NCBI GenBank assembly: GCA_027310185.1
Contig: DAIDBH010000018.1
Coordinates: 128,001-192,000 of the forward strand
Source of the DNA: Thermoplasmatales archaeon
GTDB lineage: Archaea > Thermoplasmatota > Thermoplasmata > Thermoplasmatales > Thermoplasmataceae
Length of the DNA: 64,000 bases
Direction: 5' to 3'
Shown here one piece after another: positions 41,447 to 52,146 of the stretch; the stretch's first letter is position 1, and each line of letters begins with the position of its first letter. The notes below the pieces were generated by a model that saw nothing but the letters and a program-made list of their open reading frames with translations, was not told the DNA's origin and did not search any database. Both the position numbers and the translations under genes were made by a program.

Positions 41447-41866
41447 ATGAATGAAACAAGTGTTATACGTGAAGTTTTTAGAGACAACAAAAGTGTGGCA
41501 GTAGTTGGCATAAGTAATAAAACAGACAGGGACAGCTACAAAGTTTCAAAATATCTAATGGAACATGGTTTCAAGGTTATACCAATAAACCCAGCATTGA
41601 CTGAATGGGAAGGTATCAAATGTTACCCTGATCTTGAATCAGCTTCACTGGAAAACAAGATTGAGGTTGTAGATATTTTCAGGAAATCAGAAGCGGTAGT
41701 GCCAGTAATTGAAGAAGCCCTAAAAATAATGCCAGATGTTATATGGATGCAGCTAGGTGTAGAGAATATGGAAGGGGCTAAACTTGCTGAAGATAACTCC
41801 ATAAAAGTCATAATGAATAAATGCATCATGGAGGAACATAAGAAAATGAATGTCGGGGTAGCCTAG
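41447..41866 (+). CDS. CoA-binding protein (YccU-like)
   Basis: VAVVGIS...RDS, IPINP, VVDIFR, IWMQLG, MNKC. Confidence 0.9.
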   Translation: MNETSVIREVFRDNKSVAVVGISNKTDRDSYKVSKYLMEHGFKVIPINPALTEWEGIKCYPDLESASLENKIEVVDIFRKSEAVVPVIEEALKIMPDVIWMQLGVENMEGAKLAEDNSIKVIMNKCIMEEHKKMNVGVA

Positions 41867-41934
41867 CCCGGTAAGGCGGTAGATTCGAAATCTACCGCTC
41901 TTGTAGCTCGGGAGTTCAAATCTCCCCCCCGGCG
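41852..41934 (+). tRNA. tRNA-Ser(CGA)
   Basis: GTCGGGG/CCCCGGC acceptor, GTAGA-TTCGAAA-TCTAC anticodon arm, long variable arm, discriminator G. Confidence 0.96.
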
Positions 41935-42307
41935 TCAGAATAAACATCTAAATCTCTGGCTAGAAAAAAGTTTAGTATGCCTCCAGCGTTGAACAATTGT
42001 TTAAGTAACCTGTAGTAAAATTTGCATATTCTGTTCATGTGACGACTTCTTATTATTATACATTTGCGCCCTTATCTTCCAGATAAGAAAGGTTCATTTA
42101 TACATATCCTGTGAGTATTTTCTATACCTTTTTCATACAAAATATATTGGAATCTTCCTGGAAATGAGGTACCCCAGATCTCGCATGTTCTAATGTGAAT
42201 AGATCGATATCCATACAGATCACCATACAACACTGATTCTCCACTCCTAGTTCTTCGTTCATAGATCAGGGTAAAGTTATAATAACTGTAATTCCAAAAA
42301 ATTGACT

Positions 42308-43458
42308 AGAGGTTTTCTATTTTCTACCACATTCTGTAAATTTCCTGAATAAATTCCTGATTACCGCTGAAGATCAACCTATTTTTAACTGTTTAATCCA
42401 TTAATTATCCCTTTTTATAACTGTTTCTCCTGAAATTTCTTAAATAATTGATAGCTCACGCTATCCATTGATGATCTTCAATGCATGTACATTGTAAGCA
42501 AAACATGCAAACATGAACTTCACCACACTCTTCTTAATGTTGTAACCATGACATGTGAGAAATGAAATACTCTTTTCATGATTGCATATGGATATTCCAC
42601 AAGTGATCTCTTCCTTGAGATCCTCAGATTTCTTCGTATGGATTCCATGGATAGTTTATGATTCCTTACGGATCGATCCATTGTTCCATCTATGCCTTTT
42701 GGATCATGCCCAAAGTATCCCTTATCCCTGTACACTGTGATTCCTGTTTTTGAAAGATCGATTGTTGTGTCATGATCCCTTGCTGTTGATACAGCATAGG
42801 ATCTTATTACTGGAACAGGAATGTTGTCATCAACAATTGTATGTCCCCTGTATCCGAAGAATGTTTTATTGTTCTTTTTGGTGAATGATCCATCTTTTGA
42901 TCCCCTTGTCCTTCCATCTGATCTTTTTTCCTCATGCTTAACATGACCAGGATCTGATTTGATAAATGTTGCATCCTGTGCAGATCCCTTCTTAACTTTG
43001 ATGCCCTTGGATTCAAGCTGTCTCTGCAACTCATTCCATATTATACGATCTCTTCCTGTCCTCGATAATCTTTCCCTGAATAACCATATGGTTCTTGCAT
43101 CGGGATACTGATCAGGATAATCAAGAAAGTTCATGAATGATATCCTGTCATGGATCTCCTTCTCCGCCTGTTCATCTGCAAGATTGTACAGGCTCTGGAG
43201 GTATAGAACCTTCACCATGGTTTTTACAGGTATGTTTGGCCTTCCACCATTATCTGTATCATTGTGATACAGATCATTCAATAATGGTGTGAATGCATCC
43301 CAGTCAATGGCATTCTTTACGAATATTAATGGATCATTTGTCTTCATTGAATTGTATTTCTCCTTCAACGCATGATCAAGCAGGTCACTCATGCTGTAAC
43401 ATGCGTGTTTCATGAATAAATATTACGGTGTTTCTTCGAGGGTTATTAGAAAGCCTCT
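42308..43458 (-). mobile_element. IS5-family insertion sequence (~1.15 kb)
   Basis: Imperfect terminal inverted repeats AGAGGTTTTCTA (42308-42319) and TAGAAAGCCTCT (43447-43458) enclosing a DDE transposase. Confidence 0.88.
42461..43392 (-). pseudogene. IS5 transposase with 1-nt frameshift near the C-terminus
   Basis: GGRP, PDARTIWLFRERL, QDATFI, FGYRGH, RDKGY, RSLVEYPY; ends RRVW-stop while another frame continues VKFMFACFAYNVHALKIING-stop. Confidence 0.82.
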
Positions 43459-43718
43459 TATATCTATGCACTTTTGTTAAGTACCTTTCCAATAGGGACT
43501 TTTTAGGTTACAGTTCTTCAAATGGCAATGGTTACTTAAAGATACTCTTTTTCTCAATTAAGGTGTAGCGAGCTATAAATATGGTGACTGGCGTGATTGT
43601 CATAGTTAGGTGATTGTGGACAACGGAAATATCAACAATTATCGTTAATAATTAGAAAAGGAAACAAGAGTGAGAAAACTTTATCACAATCTTTCACGCC
43701 AATAAGATAGTGTGATTA

Positions 43719-43738
43719 GTAATGTAAAGTAATGTAAA
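43719..43738 (+). repeat. Tandem direct repeat GTAATGTAAA x2, candidate operator
   Basis: Perfect 10-nt tandem repeat next to the TATA-like TTAATATA upstream of 43769. Confidence 0.55.
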
Positions 43739-43768
43739 AGTATTAATATATCACCAATATACCAAAAT

Positions 43769-44065
43769 ATGTCTAAAATAGGATTGAAAATAGATGGGAT
43801 GACCTATGATAAATTGAAGTGGTTAAAAACGCGATTTGAGTTTGTTTATGAGAACAATATGAACTGGGATGAATTCTTTCAGACAATTGTAAAAGATAGT
43901 CTCCTCATTCTGGCGCAGGATCTGATTAACCTAAAAAAGGGAAAAGTTACTGTAAATGAAATTATGGAAATATTAAGTGGTTCTAATAAATTCATGGCTG
44001 AGGAACTGAAAGTTCATATGATAAATGCAGGTCTGATATCACGTAATGATCTTTCCATTCAGTGA
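43769..44065 (+). CDS. Putative ribbon-helix-helix DNA-binding protein
   Basis: N-terminal alternating strand KIGLKI, helix DGMTYDKLKWLK, second helix NWDEFFQTIV. Confidence 0.55.
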   Translation: MSKIGLKIDGMTYDKLKWLKTRFEFVYENNMNWDEFFQTIVKDSLLILAQDLINLKKGKVTVNEIMEILSGSNKFMAEELKVHMINAGLISRNDLSIQ

Positions 44066-44769
44066 TTGATAAAATGACCGAACAGGCAAAGCAAAAAATT
44101 AGGATTACACTTTCTGAAAGCAAAAGAAGGTTTGGTTTTAAGGAATTCAAGAAATTTGGAAAACTCTACATCATTATAGTCATATTAATTGCTGGATTAG
44201 AAGCAATTCTTGACCTTACAGGAATCATGATTTTCAGCTTTACTGAAGGCATGGTAGACTTTTTTGCATTAACGATCTCCTTTGTTGTTGGCATTTTCAC
44301 TCTACCAATAATGAGGACAAAGTTATACAGACAGAGATATACTTCAATGCTTGAGATTGCAGGGTTATTTGTTTCAATCCAAATAGCAGGTCTATTGACT
44401 TTTTATTTCCTTTTTCCCTCTCTCAGCTCTACGACGGATTTTGTTGTATTCATAAGTTCAGAAATAGTGTATCAGATAGCATTCAACCTTGTTGTTAGAA
44501 GCTATAAATTCAATAGAAGATTTTTTTCTGTCCAAACCCACAATGGAATAAAGATTCATCAGAATGCAGATGGTTCTGTCCAAACTATTGATAGATCTGA
44601 CTTTTTGACAGGGGATATGAAGAAGATAATCGAGGATAAAATCAGAGGGACAATTGGTGAAGAAGAGTTCCTTGAAGCAATTTCCACTCTGGATTCAACG
44701 CAGAAAGAATTTGTCATCTCTTTAACATCAGGAATAGAGTCAAGACTTAAAAATAAATACAGACTGTAG
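44062..44769 (+). CDS. Hypothetical 4-TM membrane protein with soluble C-terminal domain
   Basis: Four hydrophobic segments; GTGA overlap with upstream ORF. Confidence 0.7.
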   Translation: MIDKMTEQAKQKIRITLSESKRRFGFKEFKKFGKLYIIIVILIAGLEAILDLTGIMIFSFTEGMVDFFALTISFVVGIFTLPIMRTKLYRQRYTSMLEIAGLFVSIQIAGLLTFYFLFPSLSSTTDFVVFISSEIVYQIAFNLVVRSYKFNRRFFSVQTHNGIKIHQNADGSVQTIDRSDFLTGDMKKIIEDKIRGTIGEEEFLEAISTLDSTQKEFVISLTSGIESRLKNKYRL

Positions 44770-45512
44770 ATTACTTTATCTGAATATTTTTCTACAGGCA
44801 TTGATTCTTTCAAACGAATATTCATCAGTGATATTATCATAGAACATTCTCAACCCCTCAATTTCATATAGAAATTTCCTCATTATAGTTGTATTACGAA
44901 TGTAATTCCAAGAATGAGAAATCAAAACATTCTATCTAAAAGCAAGGATAGAGGCCAGCATTAACTCTAATATGTGCAGGATACTTAGTTCCGAAAAGAA
45001 TCTAAATTTGTGATATAACTCACAGATACATCAAAACAGGAAAGTCAGTTTATAAGATTTTTTAGGTTTTCATCTTAAGTAATCCGGTTCATTATAATTA
45101 TTAGAAGGCACAATTGTTATATGCCACTATCCAAACTTAAACTAATCACTACGTTAGCAATGCATTAATGTGTTCAACATTAAATGAGTTGTGGAAACAA
45201 CATAAAACCTATCATTAGTGGAATCATGAACTTCCTACCCCTAGAAGCCCCAAATAAATGGTTAATAAAACAGAGATAAAACCGAAATTGTTTAACTTTA
45301 TGGAATATTGAGTCTAACCTGAACAGAAGATAATTAAATTATTTTTTAATATTATATATTCTCTAGATCTCTATCAAACTCCAATTTAGTAAAGTGTATG
45401 GAATATACAAAAATCAGCACAACTTCAACATCACATTTATATTGTCTGAAAAATGTTTAAAAAAATTTATAGCAAGTTGAAATATAGTATTGAATAAGGT
45501 AGTGACAAAATC

Positions 45513-47249
45513 ATGGATCAAAATGAAGTTATCGTCAGAGTAGGCGGGGCTGCCGGAGACGGTGTTCAGTCTGCAGGGTTAATAATAGCAAGAGTTTTTT
45601 CGAGGAGCGGATTGTACGTCTCCACTTACAACTATTATCAGAGCATAATAAGGGGCGGACAAAGCTGGTATCAGGTAAGAGCATCGATAAAGAAGGTGAA
45701 AAATCAGGGAGACGATTTGGATATCCTCATCGCATTGAATAAGGATGCACTGGAAAGGCACACCAACCCTGAGATAAATGAAGGTGGAGCATCGCCAGTC
45801 AAAGGGATTGTTGTTTACGACAAAGGTGTTGGTGACTTCAAGAAATTTGACGGTATAAAATACTGCGAAATGTCACTAGGTGAAATTGCGCAGAAATACA
45901 GTAAAAACACTCTTTTGAAAAACACAGTTGCCATAGGAGCAGTATTTGGATATTTATCAATTGATTTTGAAGAGCTTGCAAATGTCATAAGAGATCAGTT
46001 TGGGGGCAAGGGTGAAATAGCAGAACTTAACGTAAAGGCTGCACAGGAAGGTTACGACACTTTTGTAGAAAAATATGGGAAGGCCGCAAAAGAACTCAAA
46101 ACTCCAAAGAAGAAGATGTATCTTATGGCTGGAGGAGAAGCTGCAGGATTGGGAGCAGTAAGGGCAGGACTGAAGGCATATTTTGGATACCCTATGACCC
46201 CTGCGTCATCCATCATCCATTATCTCGCATCACATGAAAAGAAATTCAATGTATTCGTTAAAATAACAGAAGATGAAATTTCAGCAATTAACATGGCCAT
46301 AGGAGCTAATTATGCCGGAATCAGGGCAATGACAGGATCATCTGGCGGAGGTTTTGCACTAATGACCGAAGCTGTAGGTATGTCTGCGGAAATGGAAATA
46401 CCACTAGTTGTGTATGAGGCTCAGAGAGCGGGTCCATCCACCGGGCTTCCAACAAAAACCGAGCAGGGAGACCTGCTCCAGATTCTGGGGGCATCCCAGG
46501 GGGATTTTCCAAAGGCAATTTTCTCTCCTAGAAACATTGAAGAAACTTATTATATGGTAGGAGAAGCATTGAATCTTGCTGAAAAATACCAGATACCAAT
46601 ATTCTTCATGGTTGATCTTTATCTTGCTGAGCATGATGAGACTATCGAGAACCTGAAGCTTGATTCCAATATTGTAAGAGACCAATTTGCAACAGGTAGC
46701 GAAAAGAATTACAAGAGATATGAATTCACTGAAAATGGAATTTCAACGAGAGCATTACCAGGAACACCAAATTTAATGCACAACGAGGATTCAGATGAGC
46801 ATGATGAAAAGGGAGATGTAGTCAGCGATGCTGTAACTGATCCAATGATACGAAAGAAAATAATGGAAAAGAGAATGAAGAAATTGGAGCAGTTGAAAAA
46901 AGAACTCCCTCCAACGCCTCAGTACAGGTTGGACGATGCTGAATACGCAGTGGTACAGTGGGGATCAACACAGGGAGCTGTGGAGGAGGCTGTAGATATG
47001 TTAAGGAATAAGGGAATAAAGGTAGGTGCCATTGAAGTGAACAGGCCCTATCCAGTAAATCCAGACATATTGAAACTTACAAAGGGAAAGAAAAAGATAA
47101 TATTTGTAGAAAATAACTACACAGGGCAGTTATTGAGACTCATCAAGTCAGAAATGAGTCTTGAGGCAGACCTGATCACCAAATATGATGGCGAATCGTT
47201 CTACCCAGGTGCGCTGGCTGTGGAAATAGAGAAAAAAATAAAGGAGTGA
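45513..47249 (+). CDS. korA: 2-oxoacid:ferredoxin oxidoreductase alpha subunit
   Basis: GGAAGDGV, IRGGQS, GYPMTPAS, EDEISA, QRAGPSTGLPTKTEQGD. Confidence 0.94.
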   Translation: MDQNEVIVRVGGAAGDGVQSAGLIIARVFSRSGLYVSTYNYYQSIIRGGQSWYQVRASIKKVKNQGDDLDILIALNKDALERHTNPEINEGGASPVKGIVVYDKGVGDFKKFDGIKYCEMSLGEIAQKYSKNTLLKNTVAIGAVFGYLSIDFEELANVIRDQFGGKGEIAELNVKAAQEGYDTFVEKYGKAAKELKTPKKKMYLMAGGEAAGLGAVRAGLKAYFGYPMTPASSIIHYLASHEKKFNVFVKITEDEISAINMAIGANYAGIRAMTGSSGGGFALMTEAVGMSAEMEIPLVVYEAQRAGPSTGLPTKTEQGDLLQILGASQGDFPKAIFSPRNIEETYYMVGEALNLAEKYQIPIFFMVDLYLAEHDETIENLKLDSNIVRDQFATGSEKNYKRYEFTENGISTRALPGTPNLMHNEDSDEHDEKGDVVSDAVTDPMIRKKIMEKRMKKLEQLKKELPPTPQYRLDDAEYAVVQWGSTQGAVEEAVDMLRNKGIKVGAIEVNRPYPVNPDILKLTKGKKKIIFVENNYTGQLLRLIKSEMSLEADLITKYDGESFYPGALAVEIEKKIKE

Positions 47250-47255
47250 AAAAAG

Positions 47256-48107
47256 ATGGTTACATTAGCAGATTTTAAAGGGACCGTGAAAGCGGATTGG
47301 TGCCCGGGATGTGGAAATTTTGCACAGTTGACTGCAATCCCAATGGCACTCGCAGAGTTAGGTATTAAACCAGAAGACACAGTAATAGTGTCTGGTATAG
47401 GCTGTTCAAGCAACATGCCTGAATTCGTAAAGGCATATGGATTTCATGGAATACATGGAAGATCTCTGCCAGCTGCCTCAGGAATAAAATGGGCAAATCC
47501 TGAATTAACAGTAATTGCATATGGTGGTGACGGTGACGGTTTTAACGAAGGAACCCAGCATTTCTACCATGCAGCAAGAAGAAATCCAGACATAACTTAC
47601 ATAGTTTCGGATAACCAGATTTTCGGACTTACAACGGGACAGGCATCACCAACATCAAGACTAGGCATGAGGACAAAGACCACTCCCGATGGAAACATTG
47701 AACCTCCAATAAACCCAGTAACAATGGCCCTAAACGCAGGTGCAACATTTGTGGCAAGAGAATTTTCAGGGGATGTCAAACATATGCAAGCGACAATAAA
47801 GAAGGCCATACAGCACAAGGGATTCTCATTCGTTGATGTTTTCAGTCCCTGTGTGACTTATAACAAAGATAACACTTATGATTTCTTCAGGAAGAGGGTT
47901 TACAAAGTAGAAGATGAAAAACACGATCCCACAGATTTCATGGCAGCATACAAAAGAGCCGATGAATGGGGGGACAAAATACCGATTGGAATCCTTTACG
48001 AAGCTAATGACATGACATATGAAGAAAGGGACTCCGTGATGAAGACTCCACTTATAAAGCAGCCAATAACTAAGTTGACCGAAGAAGATCTTCAGGAATT
48101 CTACTGA
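47256..48107 (+). CDS. korB: 2-oxoacid:ferredoxin oxidoreductase beta subunit
   Basis: WCPGCG, SGIGCS, GGDGD TPP motif, GQASPT, SPCVTYN. Confidence 0.94.
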   Translation: MVTLADFKGTVKADWCPGCGNFAQLTAIPMALAELGIKPEDTVIVSGIGCSSNMPEFVKAYGFHGIHGRSLPAASGIKWANPELTVIAYGGDGDGFNEGTQHFYHAARRNPDITYIVSDNQIFGLTTGQASPTSRLGMRTKTTPDGNIEPPINPVTMALNAGATFVAREFSGDVKHMQATIKKAIQHKGFSFVDVFSPCVTYNKDNTYDFFRKRVYKVEDEKHDPTDFMAAYKRADEWGDKIPIGILYEANDMTYEERDSVMKTPLIKQPITKLTEEDLQEFY

Positions 48108-48122
48108 TCATCCTGAAGTTTA
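48090..48122 (+). terminator. Possible terminator hairpin after OFOR beta
   Basis: CTTCAGGA...TCCTGAAG 8-bp stem spanning the stop codon, followed by Ts. Confidence 0.4.
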
Positions 48123-48167
48123 CTTCATATTTATAAAATTTATTATACTATTTTTAAATCCGTCTCC

Positions 48168-49475
48168 ATGAATTTTTCTTTCAGGCAACTTACGTTTCAG
48201 TCATTTGGTTCAGTAGGTCCTGCATTGAATTTTGTGGCACTACTACCCTTAATAGCATTTTTCTCAGGTAGCATGATGCCTGTTGTAGTCACCGTTGCTT
48301 TCATCATTAGTTTCATGAGCTTCCTGCCTATCATTTTATTTTCTTCTAAAATTTCTAATGGATCGGGGTACGCAGCATATGCAATGTATTCTCTTGGATT
48401 CAGGATTGCAGTCTTTACAGGATTGGTCTACATAATGTATTCTATCCTTGTAATTCCCAATATAATTATGTTCTCATCGTTTTTTGTGCAATCATATTTC
48501 ATTTCAGGAAACAAGATCGTTTTTGATCTGCTATTTGCAGCAATATTAATCATCTTTCTATCTGTTCCATTATTAAAGAGGAGGAATCTTGCAATTTTCG
48601 TAATAACAGCTATCGGAATGATTGAAATCCTCGGAATTCTTGTTCTAAGTATAGCTATGATCTTAATGATGAGCAATTCTACCATTTCCATAAGTTTATC
48701 GCGTGTTTTTTCTGGGAATTTCTGGGAAGGAGTCATGCTCGGAGTTCTTATGTTTTCTGGCAGCGGCAGCGGAATATTCCTCTTCAGCAAATCCAGCATC
48801 CCATCTACACGGGTAAACAAAACACTGATCTTTTCTTACCTCATTACTGGATTTGTCATGATAATATCTTCATATTCTCTCACTGTTTTTCTTGGAAGCA
48901 ATATAAACTACTACTCATCAAACCCGGCCATATTGCTGAGAATCCTTGGTACAGATATGGGAGGGATAGTTCCATATTTACTGGTAGCCTTATTACTGCT
49001 TAGTGCCTATAATCTAATGTTATCATACTCTCACGCATTGTTGAACATGTATGAAGATTTTCAGGGTATGATTTTAAGGAAGATGAGGTATATAAAAACA
49101 GGTACATTCTTTATTATTTTACTGGTATTAGACACAGTAATAATATTGATTTCAAGGTCTACAATTGGTTTCTATAACGCCTTTGTGGTAATAGCTGAAA
49201 TAGTCAGCCTTTCCTATGTTGTTGTACACATTATTGTTGGTCTATCACTTTTCAACTCCAGAAAATTCAGGAGAGAAATAAGAATGGTAGGGCTTGTTTC
49301 AATGTCTCTCCTCTTCATTGCCATGATAGGTTCTCTTATCAACAGTTCTGGTCTATTCTACCTTACTCTCTCATCATTCATTATTATAATTTTAATTTCC
49401 GTACTGGGCTCATCATTAATATCAAGAAATTATGACAGGACTGAAAGTTTACATGAAAATCTCATTTCATCTTGA
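48168..49475 (+). CDS. APC-family amino acid permease (divergent)
   Basis: SFGSVGPA in TM1, GSGYAAY, about 12 TM. Confidence 0.75.
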   Translation: MNFSFRQLTFQSFGSVGPALNFVALLPLIAFFSGSMMPVVVTVAFIISFMSFLPIILFSSKISNGSGYAAYAMYSLGFRIAVFTGLVYIMYSILVIPNIIMFSSFFVQSYFISGNKIVFDLLFAAILIIFLSVPLLKRRNLAIFVITAIGMIEILGILVLSIAMILMMSNSTISISLSRVFSGNFWEGVMLGVLMFSGSGSGIFLFSKSSIPSTRVNKTLIFSYLITGFVMIISSYSLTVFLGSNINYYSSNPAILLRILGTDMGGIVPYLLVALLLLSAYNLMLSYSHALLNMYEDFQGMILRKMRYIKTGTFFIILLVLDTVIILISRSTIGFYNAFVVIAEIVSLSYVVVHIIVGLSLFNSRKFRREIRMVGLVSMSLLFIAMIGSLINSSGLFYLTLSSFIIIILISVLGSSLISRNYDRTESLHENLISS

Positions 49476-50730
49476 TTGTGCCTCCAGAAGGGCTTCCCGG
49501 GATCTTCTGCCTGTATAATATGGAAAATAGTCCAAGAGGCGTTCTTCCCTTTTTCTCAGGTTCTTTTAATTTCAGGAATAAGAAGGATGAGGAAAATCTT
49601 CCTACAAACACTATCATATACGAGACTTCGAGGGCTTTCACAAGTGGAAACACAGAAAGTGCATATTGAAGAAGATAACCGCCAGCGAGTGCACCCATTA
49701 GATATACCAGTCCGTTGAAACCATTGATTATTGATATATATTCTGCCCTCCTGGTTGTTGGTATAATGTCCAGTAGATAAGAATTCATTACAATATTTTG
49801 TAAAGCTCCAAGAAAACCGCTGTATGATTCAAGAAGAACAAACAACAGGAAGGAATGAAAAAATGCATAAAATACTGGAATGAAGCTCAACATTACCCTG
49901 TTAACGAAGATCAGTGGGGGCCGTTGGGTCTTATCAGTTATTCTCCCTAAAAGAGTCTGAATAACTATGGTCACAGACAATGATACTATGGTAAGAATGG
50001 CCACAGCTCTAAGCCCAAAACCCATAACAGAAACTATAGTAATTGGAAACATTGGCCAGGCCATGGACCAGAAAAACCCCTGAATGTTTGTTGCCCTGAA
50101 ATAAGGGAAGAAGTTTTCGTCATATCTGATCTTCCTTATGGTTGCAAGGAGAGATCCGTCAAACCTTGCATTGTGCTTTGTTTCTTTCAAGGAAACCAGG
50201 AAGACGCTGGAAACAAGATATGTTGCAGAAGAAAGGAAGAATGGCAGCATTATGTTTGACTGGAGATCTCCTCCAAAAAGAAAGACCATGACAATCAGGG
50301 AAATTATCGTACCTGCTGATGAAATATTATTGATGAAGGTCAGGAACTTACCTCTCACACTTGAATCAGAAATATCAGCGATGAGGGAAAACCAGTTTAC
50401 CGTAATCATTGAACCAAAGAGGGCTATAAGGGAATAAATCACTATCAAATTGACTGGGTTCGATGCAAAGGGCATCAGGGCCCAGAGTGTAGCAAGTATG
50501 ATGCTTCCAATTATGAGGAATATCCTTCGTGAACCTGTTCTATCGCTTATCTTTCCCCAGAGTATTTGCCCTCCGTTTGATATTGCATTTGCAGAGGACT
50601 GTAACCAGCCCATTTCACTTGCACTTGCACCTATAAGAACGGCGTAAATCCCAACAAAAGTGGATGCTGCAGTTGCACCTACGGATGACAAAAAAGATCT
50701 AATTCCTATAATTGATTTATTACTTGGCAA
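49462..50730 (-). CDS. MFS transporter
   Basis: Motif A GKISDRTGSRR, about 12 TM. Confidence 0.88.
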   Translation of the reverse strand: MPSNKSIIGIRSFLSSVGATAASTFVGIYAVLIGASASEMGWLQSSANAISNGGQILWGKISDRTGSRRIFLIIGSIILATLWALMPFASNPVNLIVIYSLIALFGSMITVNWFSLIADISDSSVRGKFLTFINNISSAGTIISLIVMVFLFGGDLQSNIMLPFFLSSATYLVSSVFLVSLKETKHNARFDGSLLATIRKIRYDENFFPYFRATNIQGFFWSMAWPMFPITIVSVMGFGLRAVAILTIVSLSVTIVIQTLLGRITDKTQRPPLIFVNRVMLSFIPVFYAFFHSFLLFVLLESYSGFLGALQNIVMNSYLLDIIPTTRRAEYISIINGFNGLVYLMGALAGGYLLQYALSVFPLVKALEVSYMIVFVGRFSSSFLFLKLKEPEKKGRTPLGLFSILYRQKIPGSPSGGTIKMK

Positions 50731-51073
50731 TTTGTGTTCTGTGGGATTAATCCCTAAAAGATAAATATATCCATTTTGAAATCACTTCAAAAATACACCG
50801 AGTCTGAAGTTTGACAATGCAGAATTTCAGAAAAGGTAAACCTTTTCATGCTGTTCACTACCTATAAACGTGTTCAAAGAGATATCGTGCAAAAAAACAT
50901 TATCCACTAAATAATCTTAACCTGAACATAAGAAATTATATGTCTCTGAAGAATCATGGAAAACAGCAGTTGCAATAAGAATAAAGCAATAGGGACAATA
51001 GCATTTATATGCATATTTCTATTACCCTACTACTCAATCAGGTTCAAAATTTGAATTAAACTAGGGTGATATA

Positions 51074-51502
51074 TTGGCGAATGGAGAAAATGCAGGATCA
51101 AAGTTAAGCAGTGATAGGGAAAAATTCAGATGGTCTAACAGTAAGTATAAGAGAAGAGTGCTGGAATTAAAAAAGAAGAGTGATCCACTTGAAGGATCAC
51201 CTCAGGCCAGAGGAATCGTTATAGAAAAAATTGGTATTGAAGCAAAGCAGCCTAATTCAGCCATAAGGAAGTGCGTAAAAGTTCAGCTTATAAAAAATGG
51301 CAGGCAGGTTACTGCGTTTGCTCCTGGTGATGGTGCCATAAACTACATAGATGAGCACGATGAAGTCCTGGTGGAAGGAATAGGTGGAAGTAAAGGTAGA
51401 AGCAAGGGAGATATCCCCGGAGTCAGATATAAGGTCGTTGGAGTCAATGGCATCTCGTTATCTGAGTTAGTGAGAGGAAGAAAGGAGAAGACGGTGAGAT
51501 AA
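51074..51502 (+). CDS. rps12: 30S ribosomal protein S12
   Basis: [21 protein letters not shown]; TTG start with SD GGGTGA. Confidence 0.97.
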   Translation: MANGENAGSKLSSDREKFRWSNSKYKRRVLELKKKSDPLEGSPQARGIVIEKIGIEAKQPNSAIRKCVKVQLIKNGRQVTAFAPGDGAINYIDEHDEVLVEGIGGSKGRSKGDIPGVRYKVVGVNGISLSELVRGRKEKTVR

Positions 51503-52065
51503 TGGATCTTAAAATTTTTGGAAAATATGATGTAAGCGGAATCGAGGTCCATGATTTGGGACTCTCTAAATATATTAACCTGAATTCGTACATGAACCTG
51601 CATACAGGTGGAAGATTTTCAAACTATTCAGCTGGAAAGAAGAATGTAAACACAGTTGAAAGGTTGATTAACAAACTTATGAGAACAGAAAAGTGGACTG
51701 GAAAGAAGTATGGAGCATACAGGATTTTAAGGGACGCATTTGAAATAATCGAAGAGAAGACAAAGCAGAACCCTCTCCAGCTTCTCATAAACGCAATAGA
51801 GAACGCTGCTCCAAGAGAGGAAGTGACAAGGTTGAAATATGGTGGTATCGCGGTACCCAAGGCAGTGGATGTTGCCCCTTCAAGAAGAGTGGATGAAGCA
51901 CTGAGAAACATTGCTATTGGTTCAACAGACGCTTCATACAAAAACAAGAAATCAATTGAGGCATGCCTCGCAGATGAGATTATACTTGCATCAAAGAACG
52001 ACCAGAATTCTCACGCAGTAGCCAAAAAGGAAGAAGTGGAAAGAATAGCAGCCTCCGCAAGGTAA
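51502..52065 (+). CDS. rps7: 30S ribosomal protein S7
   Basis: NPLQ...[30 protein letters not shown]; TAATG overlap. Confidence 0.97.
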   Translation: MDLKIFGKYDVSGIEVHDLGLSKYINLNSYMNLHTGGRFSNYSAGKKNVNTVERLINKLMRTEKWTGKKYGAYRILRDAFEIIEEKTKQNPLQLLINAIENAAPREEVTRLKYGGIAVPKAVDVAPSRRVDEALRNIAIGSTDASYKNKKSIEACLADEIILASKNDQNSHAVAKKEEVERIAASAR

Positions 52066-52146
52066 TCCCAATATTACAACCAATTTTTTTTAACTTTAAA
52101 GTTTTCATAAACAAGTGTTTATATATTTTTTGATGATGGTCATCAA

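Noticed and set aside
41940-42300. Possible decayed gene beside tRNA-Ser (minus-strand peptide ARSGVPHF resembles the integrase remnant SGVPKF)
   Set aside because: Only 5-6 residues match, with no HxxR or catalytic Tyr box
40547-43738. Shared words AAAGTAATGTAAA (40562, 43726) and TCTTTCACG (40547, 43690) between the structured element and the RHH promoter
   Set aside because: Matches of 9-13 nt in AT-rich DNA are expected by chance in 64 kb; not enough to claim guide-target pairing
44770-45510. Long AT-rich spacer, including GAAGCCCC reminiscent of tnpB/IS605 ends
   Set aside because: No subterminal hairpin, ORF or tRNA-Ser att repeat found
51074-52065. rps12-rps7 without adjacent EF-2/EF-1a genes
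   Set aside because: Operon splitting is, as far as I recall, ordinary in Thermoplasmatales
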